Shown: one piece after another, positions 1 to 7,010 of the stretch | Numbering within the stretch: the first letter of the stretch is position 1 | How the letters are laid out: the number at the start of each line of letters is the position of its first letter | Source of the DNA: Eledone cirrhosa | Lineage: Eukaryota | Length of the DNA stretch: 64,000 nt | Reading direction: 5' to 3' | Assembly (NCBI GenBank): GCA_964016885.1 | Contig: OZ024740.1 | Span: 415,834,001 to 415,898,000, forward strand | Program-made: the position numbers and the translations under genes | Notes under the pieces: generated by a model | What the model was told of the DNA's origin: nothing | Database searches by the model: none | Seen by the model: only the letters and a program-made list of their open reading frames with translations

Positions 1-694
1 ATGTTGTGTATGGAGGATGACAGTGAATCAGATATAGTGTGTAAGAGACAACACTGTGGGTATGGACATATGTTGTGTATGGTGATTGACAGTGAATCAG
101 ATATAGTGTGTAAGAGAGAACACTGTGGCTATGGACATATGTTGTGTCAGGTGGTTGACAGTGAATCCGATATAGTGTGTATGAGAGAACACTGTGGGTA
201 TGGACATATGTTGTGTATGGGGGAAGACAGTGAATCAGATATAGAGTGTATTAGAGAACACTGTGGGTATGGACATATTTTGTGTATGGGGGAAGACAGT
301 GAATCAGATATAGAGTGTAAGAGAGAACACTGTGGGTATGGACATATGTTGTGTATGGGGCATGGCAGTGAATCAGATATAGTGTGTAAGAGAGAACACT
401 GTGGGTATGGACATATGTTGTGTATGGGGGATGACAGTGAATCAGATACAGTGTGTAAGAGAGAACACTGTGGGTATGGATATATGTTGTGTATGGGGGA
501 TGACAGTGAATCAGATATAGTGTGTAAGAGAGAACACTGTGGGTATGGACATATGTTGTGTATGGGGGATGACAGTGAATAAGATATAGTGTGTAAGACA
601 GAACACTGTGGGTATGGACATATGTTGTGTATGGCGGATGACAGTAAATCAGATATAGTGTGTAAGAGAGAACACTGTGGGTATGGACATATGT
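1..694. repeat. 69-bp minisatellite, 10 full copies (truncated by left window edge)
   Basis: Unit ATGTTGTGTATGGGGGATGACAGTGAATCAGATATAGTGTGTAAGAGAGAACACTGTGGGTATGGACAT restarts at 1, 70, 139, 208, 277, 346, 415, 484, 553 and 622, ending at 690 (+ATGT). Most variation lies in unit positions ~10-18. Confidence 0.97.
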
Positions 695-935
695 ACTGGC
701 ATAATAACAGCAACAGCAACAAACTGAATTGTAACTAATTCATACTTGTGGGCAAAGGTGTAGAGTGAGACATGTCAGTGTTTTGTATTAAAATTATTTT
801 AGTGTTGTATAAAGTGACTGACCTAGATCACATTTACAGACTGACTGAGTGACAGCCTATACTGTTGATAACTGTAAAGAAACAATGCAGTTGTTGTTAC
901 TAGTGTGAATCACATCTTTGATATAATGTTTTCAC

Positions 936-1310
936 ATTATCATCATCATCTTTTACGTATGTTTTTTTCATGCTCACGTGAGTAGGATGGGTCTTTTTCT
1001 GCGCAGCATCTCTCCAATCTTTGCATTCTTTTGTCATCTCCTCTGTGAGTCTCAGTGATTTGCAATCAACTTTCACGAACTCTGCTCAGGTCTTCCTTGG
1101 TCTACCTCTACTGTGGCTTCCTACCACAGGGATTTCCTGGCACTTCTTCACCCAGCGCTCATCTTCCAGATGCATCATATATTTGAACCAATGCAGTCTT
1201 CTCTCCTTCACACTACTTCAGATTCCTCTTAAATCCAGTTTCTCTCCCAGTTCATCCAAGCTATGCCTTTCTCTCCCATTTACATTGTACATCCATCAGA
1301 GCATGGTTGC
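936..1310 (-). mobile_element. RTE-clade LINE, 3' end fragment (decayed)
   Basis: Minus-strand translation: ML*WMYNVNGRERHSLDELGEKLDLRGI*SSVKERRLHWFKYMMHLEDERWVKKCQEIPVVGSHSRGRPRKT*AEFVKVDCKSLRLTEEMTKECKDWRDAAQKKTHP. This is the typical RTE ORF C-terminus (RRL.W..H, GRPRKTW, D...WR), followed by a (GAT)n tail at 936-950. It has three in-frame stops. Confidence 0.88.
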
Positions 1311-1439
1311 ATGTGCTACAGTAATTCGAATTCACTTTTAATCATTGTAAACAAAGGAAGAAATGGTTGTACAAGTAATATTTTTCAGTTTAGGTTACCC
1401 ACAGAAAAGCTAATTAGATATTCATGAAGCTTTAAGATC

Positions 1440-1498
1440 TTGTTTGGATAATTTGAGATTCAGATAATTGATGTTCGGATAACTGAGGTTTGACTGTA
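1440..1498. mobile_element. Tc1/pogo (Tigger-like) DNA transposon/MITE terminus
   Basis: Ends CGGATAACTGAGGTTTGACTG|TA (reverse complement TA|CAGTCAAACCTCAGTTATCCG), a CAGT-type TIR next to TA, preceded by three GGATAA-like subterminal repeats. The other end is uncertain (possibly TACAGTAA at ~1317). Confidence 0.55.
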
Positions 1499-1689
1499 TG
1501 TTTAAGCATATAATTTCTCTTTTCATAAGCAATGTAAGATACACAAAAGAAAGTAAAGTGGGGAAACACTAGACTCCTGTGTTTATGTGTACTACCATCT
1601 TGTAATTGGGTTGAACAGATGTTTTAAGAATTCTCAAAAATGGAAGTGGGTGCTTTAAAGGAGACTGTAGTGACCTACATTCCGAGGGC

Positions 1690-1800
1690 TCATGGATACA
1701 TTCTCCGTGCATTGTTTGACTCAGCTCAGCCAATCGCCGCCAACATAGGAGAATGTATCTCAACTTCCACCCCAGAGGGAAAAATTCCCGCGGCGATTCA
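1690..1800. promoter_or_regulatory. Candidate cis-regulatory segment (AP-1, CCAAT/NF-Y, Rel-like, E2F-like motifs; CpGs retained)
   Basis: TGACTCA 1717-1723, AGCCAATCG ~1728-1736, and GGGAAAAATTCCC 1777-1789 overlapping TTCCCGCG. The segment is locally richer in GC and CpG than its flanks. Motif matches only. Confidence 0.25.
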
Positions 1801-2331
1801 TAAATCTCTCTCTTGCAGCTTGACCTTGCTAAGGTAAACACCAATTCTTCTTTTGCTCCGCAAGCATGAACAATATGTAACGACAAAACATTACTACGGG
1901 CCTGGCCAATGCCTCAGCCAGTTGACCGTACCTTCTCTTACAATATTAATTGGTTTATTTCATTTCTTTTGGCATGCCAGCTTAATCCACCCCTTAACCT
2001 TTGTTAATAAATTATGTAAAAACATGCTAAAGTCTTGTGATGCTATTTACCACAGCCATTGCCTTTAAATGTGATATAGAAATATTCTTTCTAGAGTTAT
2101 ATTCACAGCAACAACAGCTTGAGACTTACAGCCGTCCTCAATTCAACTTACATGTATTGATATAACAAACCACACCTTTCCTGTTACAACAAATACAGTT
2201 CATTATAATTCTTCTTGGTGATATTCCTATTATTAACTGATTGCTAAAAGACATTTGATATGCAGAGTCTGTTATAAAGGAATATAACCTTAGGCTGGAA
2301 TAAAAGAAATAAAACTGATGAAGTTCAATTG

Positions 2332-2712
2332 TTAATCTCCTTCAAAGTAAACCCTTTGAGTCTCTAAACACTCTCCCAGCAATCCTTCCTCAGTTCAAAA
2401 TGGGTCTGGGAGCCTGGCAAATGAGCAAAATACTTTCCTTTGCCAAGAAACCAAGATCAACTGCAGGGAATGAGCTTCAGCATTGTCATAATGCAGTTGC
2501 CAGTATTGTGAGGTGCACAGATGCAGTTTATTGCACTGAACTGCATTGTGAAACCATTGAAAAATTTCCTGATATTACTCCTTGACAACTGTTTGTTTTT
2601 CGGGTGTGTATTAAGGATGCATGATGCCTTGATCATCAAAGAAAAAAGTCATCATCACCTTGATTTTACCCTGCATCTGCTGTACTTTTGGGGGCCTTGT
2701 CAACATTAGATG
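2332..2712 (-). pseudogene. Mariner transposase pseudogene, catalytic/C-terminal part
   Basis: LTRPPKVQQMQGKIKVMMTFFFDDQGIMHP*YTPEKQTVVKE*YQEIFQWFHNAVQCNKLHLCTSQYWQLHYDNAEAHSLQLI..FLAKESILLICQAP, then a deletion of the YSPD..D region, then ..WE..CLETQRVYFEGD*. Matches the mariner KVM..FFD..G, HHDNAPAH and G.YFEGD motifs, with stops and frameshifts. Confidence 0.88.
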
Positions 2713-2908
2713 TTTAGCAGAAATGTACTTTAGGCGTATAAAATATTGTTGAAATGTAAAGTTGATGAGTGAGTGACTTGTTGGCAAGTGAGTAATTGAA
2801 GTTGGTCTCAGTGAAGTGAGAGAAGCTATGCCATATTCAAGGAAACAAAAAAAATGTACTCACTCGTGGTGTGAAGTGATATTACCATGAGGAAGATGAT
2901 TTTCTCAT

Positions 2909-2926
2909 ATCACGTCGGGGTCACCA
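2909..2926 (-). other. Primer-binding site complementary to tRNA-Trp 3' end
   Basis: Plus strand ATCACGTCGGGGTCACCA matches the last 18 nt, including CCA, of eukaryotic tRNA-Trp as I recall it. On the minus strand it reads TGGTGACCCCGACGTGAT, 1 nt from the LTR end. Confidence 0.88.
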
Positions 2927-2927
2927 C

Positions 2928-3580
2928 TTTAGCAGAAATGTTTTAATTAGGATCCTTGGTTGCTGAAAGGATCCTTAAAGAAGATTAGGTTATAAGGCTG
3001 CGTGTTCATGTTTCCATAGATGAGGAAAAGGATCAAATCAGAAAACACACATTAAAATATAACAAAGGTTTATTTTCTTACAAACAAATTAATACAAGCA
3101 CTAAAACAGTGAAAAGCTTCAAATATTCCACATAATTAAGTTGAACGGAAAAATGTGCTTCTCCTAAGAAAATCCAGAATGTTAGTTACGTTTTTTCGCT
3201 CAGTAATAATCTGGGACGTAACTATGTTAGTAATAAGTCTTTATATGTTGTATCAAATATTGGTAGCACAAAGGCATAGTCAGGTTGAACGATAACGTGT
3301 GTGAAATATATTTAGGTAGGAAGAATGTTGCTGGTCCTTTGCCAAAAGGGCCAAAGTTTCTTGTTAAGTGCTGCATCTTGCTAGTTGTTTACAAGGAACA
3401 TAATTTGGAAGTTCTGGTCTCGACGAAGTGAAAAACTGCAACTGATGGGTAGAAGTGAAAAAAGGCGCAAAGCAACTGCTGGACGGAAGTCGTCCTCTGT
3501 ATTCATACGCCGCCAATCCCAAATTACAAAGCACGACCAAATTATTCCGCAGCTATGAAATAGTGCCATTGCTTGCTACA
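2928..3580 (-). repeat. 5' LTR (~653 bp)
   Basis: Termini TGTAGCA...TGCTAAA form an imperfect inverted repeat. Minus-strand TATAAA at 3245-3240 and AATAAA at 3074-3069 fall in U3-R-U5 order upstream of the PBS. Confidence 0.78.
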
Positions 3581-3680
3581 GATGCTGCTACTGTGGTGAC
3601 TGATCTGGGTTTCCAGGTTGTACCCCTAAACCCACACCTCAATTATCACAGTTTTCAGGAACCGAATATTTGTTTAGAAT
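3581..3680 (-). pseudogene. Mariner transposase pseudogene, upstream part (first catalytic Asp region)
   Basis: FLKTVIIEVWV*GYNLETQ(fs)QSPQ*QH is a degenerate FL..VITGDESWVYGYDPETK.QS.QW motif. It continues directly into LMLTRPPK on the other side of the LTR once one TSD copy is removed. Confidence 0.82.
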
Positions 3681-4731
3681 GGCTCCTTGTTGGTAGAATT
3701 AGGTGAAATCAAAATGTGACTTGTAAGATGTACAGTACTTCACATACTAGCTGCTTCATAACGAGGGACACATCCAGCAAGCTCACCAAAAGCCATACAT
3801 GTACATAAATGTATGTGACTCCCCTCTGTTCACTTTTGTCTCGTTAACATCATTACTTCCCACTGGAAATAATAAAGTTGGATACTTTTTCAACAGATCT
3901 TGTATACCATTGCACTATTGACCAATAGACCAGTGTCTTTACTATTTAATCAGTTTATATTAGACCAATTTGCCAATGATATTTTAAAAATAACCCCACA
4001 ACTTTCTCAGGAATAAGTGGGTGAAGAAGAAGATATTTTTTTAAATAGTGTTTCATATTATTAATTTTGACCTTTGAAAGTATAATTTTAATTAGTTCTA
4101 TGTTTTTGAAATGTTAGTTTTGTTATCGAAATCAATAAATATATTTTCATACCTATATAAACTTGTTTCAAATCTCTGTCTATAAAAGTAATTGAAATTA
4201 TAAGTTTCTTTTTTTCTTTTTTAGTTTCCTAGAAATGAGGAAATCTGTGAGAAGTTTCCTACCTAAATACTTGAATATAACCCAACCTCTATTTTATGTC
4301 TGAGAAATGAGCAAAAATCAAAACCCCGTTTATAAGCCAAGGCAGCTAATCAACACATTATATTTAGATAGTGTATATAAACCCAAATTTTACCAGGAAT
4401 TTTTTGTTCACATATTCCTTGCCTTATATTGAAGTATTTATGCTAAGTCATTAATTATGCAATCTTTGTGGATTTTCACAGTTGTTACTAATAGAATAAT
4501 ATATTATATTGATTATGCAATGGCCTTTTAGATAATTCTGTCATAAGTAAGAGTATTTTGTAAAGCATATTCACAATATGATATTCTTGTTATTAAATAG
4601 TATCAGTTAATATTAAACAGATAAGAAGCAAATCCCTCCCTGGAAAGGATGCTAGTCTTTCACAAGTAGATCTTTTTGTAAGACTGATTTTTTTTGTTTT
4701 ATTCTCTATCAGTGAAATAATTGAAAGAATA

Positions 4732-4926
4732 TATGAGGGTCGGCAGTTCATAGGCTGACCAAGATACTCTCATGAAATGACCAAATGAGGTTTATTTTTC
4801 AACATAATCCCTGGAAAGAAACAATGCAGTTATTATTAAGAAAAGTTGAAATTAATGCATGCAAGATTTCACAGCTCTAGCATCACTCCTTCAAAATCGG
4901 CCTATTCTTTTCAGCCTACCCTCATA
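4732..4926. mobile_element. Mariner-derived MITE (~195 bp)
   Basis: TA|TATGAGGGTCGGC..AGTTCATAGGCTGA ... TCGGCCTATTCTTTTCAGCCTACCCTCATA|TA inverted termini. Internal minus-strand GATTATGTTGAAAAATAA encodes DYVEK*, a mariner C-terminal motif from a different family than the 2261-3904 element. Confidence 0.8.
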
Positions 4927-4943
4927 TATCTACTCAACCACAC

Positions 4944-5060
4944 AAGAAGAAGTGCCAGGAAATGCCAGTAAATGGAAGCTGCAGTAGAGGTAGACCATGA
5001 AAGACCTGGGAAGAGGTGGTGTAATTGACCAGAGTTGTGTTAGATTGCAATGCTAGGCTC
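4944..5060 (+). mobile_element. RTE-clade LINE short fragment
   Basis: KKKCQEMPVNGSCSRGRP*KTWEEVV. Clearly homologous at the nucleotide level to the 936-1310 copy, in the opposite orientation. Confidence 0.75.
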
Positions 5061-5379
5061 AATATTTACATAGGCAGCATAACCTGTAATAGATATGTGT
5101 TTTATTTAAACCCTGAAAATTGGGTTAACTTCTTGCACTCCTTGATATCTTTTGATGATAAAAGTAAACAAAAAAGGCAAAACAAAATAGAAATGAGATG
5201 ATGTAATATCATTTACCTGATTGAATGTGTAACCTTGAGAATCTATAGCCATGAAACTGAAATGTTAGGCAACTGATCAGTCGTATCAAGTCATGAAAAC
5301 CTATATGTATTTACTTGACCTGCTTGAAATAGCATCTCAATTTTCCTGACATAGCAAAGTTACATTGGATATGTCATTG

Positions 5380-5580
5380 TCATCACTGTTTAATGTTTAT
5401 TTTCATGCTTGCCTGGGTTAGATGGGTTGTCATGTACTGAGGCTAGATTGGTCAGGTGACCATGTCTTGCTTGTACATTTTTTTTTCACCTTGGTTTATA
5501 TGGCTGGATGGATGCCCTTCCTAATGAGAAACACTTTATATCATGTACTGGGAGCATTTTATCATAACACCAGCACTACC
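5380..5580 (-). mobile_element. SINE-like element with RTE-related 3' tail (decayed)
   Basis: CATCACTGTTTAATGTTTATTTTCATGCTTGCCTGGGTTAGATG resembles the tails at ~941-990 and ~6352-6403. It is followed by GGCTGGATG..GCCCTTCCTAATG..ACTGGGAGCATTTT, a SINE body I recall from octopus repeats (from memory, unverified). Confidence 0.55.
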
Positions 5581-5713
5581 TTACAGGGTGGACTGGATAC
5601 TTTTGTTTCTATGACAGCACTATTACCTTACATACTAGATATAATAATGATATCTATGAATCTTCTGAATATTGTTGTTTTAAAATCATCTAACAGGGAT
5701 CTTGCTACAAATT

Positions 5714-5785
5714 TTAACCCTTTTGACACCAAACTCTCTTAAACTGCCCTTGGTTCTATGATATAGAGCTATTTATTTTAAAGGG
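5714..5785 (+). mobile_element. piggyBac-like non-autonomous element terminus
   Basis: TTAA|CCCTTTTGACACCAA (TTAA target plus CCC terminus). The partner end is not clearly seen. Confidence 0.35.
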
Positions 5786-5807
5786 TTTATATTTATCTAA
5801 AAAGCTT

Positions 5808-6061
5808 ATAATAATAATAATGAAATTATTGTGTACAGTGCTCAGATGCACTACAACTCATCAAAAGTGCATCAAAAGTGTATGCATAGCACACAGGGCA
5901 ATGTACAAACGTCAGGAAAATGAACAGTGCATGAGTCATGAGTGTATGTGTATGGAAGGGGGACATCAGGTGTAGTTTTGGCGAATTTTGGGAAGCATGA
6001 GGGTTTTAAAGGATGCAGTGTCTCGGCAGCTAACAACTGACGCAGGTAGTTTGTTCCATGC
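5808..6061 (-). mobile_element. CR1/L2-type LINE 3' end
   Basis: Minus-strand AWNKLPASVVSCRDTASFKTLMLPKIRQNYT* (the WN.LP..VV.....FK C-terminal motif), followed by a ~150-bp 3' UTR and an (ATT)n tail at ~5808-5821. Confidence 0.78.
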
Positions 6062-6351
6062 TAGTATCTATTGTCTGATGGAGGGTATGTGCTTGGTTGC
6101 TTCAATCATAATTTTATGTAAGAACCTTTGTTTCAAATGAGAGAGTTATTTTACTAAATCAAAATTTTCAAAAGAATTTGAAAATCATTAACAGTCTCTT
6201 TCAATTTACATATACATAAAAAACAAATTTGAGAGACAAACTGGGTATAAGAGGAATTAGATATAGTGAGTAAAAGAGAAAATTACACTAGTATAGAAAA
6301 AGAGACACAAAATTCATGATGCCATTATATAATATATATATATTATATATA

Positions 6352-6639
6352 TCAGCAGAAGCTCTGTTTAATGTCCATTCTTCACGCTAGTATGGGTTAG
6401 ATGAGTTGCCCCATTGTGAGACAAGCCTAGTCCAATGTTAGAGGTGCCTACTGACTGTAGGTTTCGCTTTGTACTTAGGCAAGGTGGGTCTTCTGTATGA
6501 CTGTGTACCGCCAAAGATCTCAGTCCAGTGACATTGTCTTGGAGAGGTGTAAGTGTGTGAGGTCGGAATTTATCAAGTCGTCCCAGGTTTTTCTGGGTCT
6601 GCCTACTCCGTGACTACCGTCTATTTTTATCGCCCTGCA

Positions 6640-6644
<5 letters not shown>
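6352..6644 (-). mobile_element. RTE-clade LINE 3' end fragment
   Basis: Minus-strand KCRAIKIDGSHGVGRPRKTWDDLINSDLTHLHLSKTMSLD*DLWRYTVIQKTHLA*, then a 3' UTR and the same tail motif as at 5380. Confidence 0.83.

Positions 6645-6688
<44 letters not shown>
6644..6688. repeat. (TA)n microsatellite, ~22 units
   Basis: Seen directly. Confidence 0.97.
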
Positions 6689-6694
<6 letters not shown>

Positions 6695-6806
6695 GTGAAC
6701 AACACAAAATATAACTACTCCATTACCAAATGTTTCTGGATCAGAGACGATAATAATATACGTCTGGATCGTTGTTCAGACCGTATATTTTGGTAGATTT
6801 TTCTAC

Positions 6807-6817
6807 ATATATATATA

Positions 6818-6876
<59 letters not shown>
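6807..6876. repeat. (AT)n microsatellite, ~35 units, one phase slip near 6824
   Basis: Seen directly. Confidence 0.97.
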
Positions 6877-6877
<1 letters not shown>

Positions 6878-6878
<1 letters not shown>

Positions 6879-7010
6879 GGGAGAAAGACAGTCTCCCCCA
6901 CATCGACCCAATAGAGGGACCAGCAGTGTTAGTCGAGGGTAGTATAATAAGTAAGGCAATCAAAGATATGAAGATGGGTAAGGTGGTTGGGCCTTCGGAA
7001 ATTGCTAAAT
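6878..7010 (+). mobile_element. RTE-clade LINE internal ORF fragment, just upstream of the RT domain; runs into the satellite
   Basis: Stop-free frame WEKDSLPHIDPIEGPAVLVEGSIISKAIKDMKMGKVVGPSEIA. Matches the non-LTR pre-RT motif 'AI..MK.GKA.GP.GI.AE.LK'. Confidence 0.8.

Larger units (their letters stand above)
2713..3580 (-). mobile_element. Internally deleted LTR retrotransposon (probably Ty3/Gypsy) nested in the mariner
   Basis: 4-bp TSD GATG at 2709-2712 and 3581-3584. The minus strand starts TGTAGCAAG at 3580. LTR-end sequence TTTAGCAGAAATGT occurs at both 2928-2941 and 2713-2726, the latter a 3' LTR remnant. The PBS lies just inside the 5' LTR. No gag/pol remains. Confidence 0.85.
2261..3904 (-). 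mobile_element. Mariner (DD34D) DNA transposon, internally deleted and decayed, split by an LTR insertion
   Basis: Degenerate TIRs TA|TGCAGAGTCTGTTATAAAGGAATATAACCTT (2259-) and AAAGTTGGATACTTTTTCAACAGATCTTGTA|TA (-3906), about 22/33 identical by eye and flanked by TA. Transposase remnants lie on the minus strand on both sides of the LTR element. Confidence 0.88.

Noticed and set aside
1021-1341. 106-aa plus-strand ORF
   Set aside because: Antisense shadow of the minus-strand RTE fragment.
1569-2068. Short ORFs 1569-1886, 1640-1837 and 1853-2068 as genes
   Set aside because: Short and overlapping with no recognisable domain; kept only as a weak exon/regulatory candidate.
2400-2709. ORFs 2400-2585, 2457-2639 and 2521-2709
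   Set aside because: Off-frame or antisense readings of the decayed mariner transposase.
2713-2719. LTR end TTTAGCA matching the satellite reverse complement
   Set aside because: A 7-bp AT-rich match is expected by chance.
2909-2926. tRNA-Trp gene
   Set aside because: Only the 3' 18 nt are present, including an encoded CCA, and there is no cloverleaf. It is a PBS.
3594-3605. TGGTGACTGATC as a second, plus-strand PBS
   Set aside because: Explained by the minus-strand mariner codons (QSPQ); only a 7-nt match.
3381-3706. ORFs 3381-3569 and 3455-3706
   Set aside because: They lie in the LTR U3 region or across the LTR/mariner junction, with no recognisable protein.
5422-5742. 106-aa ORF
   Set aside because: Spans SINE-like and MITE fragments; no motif.
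6715-6963. Minus-strand ORFs with (YI)n
   Set aside because: Artefact of the (AT)n microsatellite and the antisense RTE fragment.
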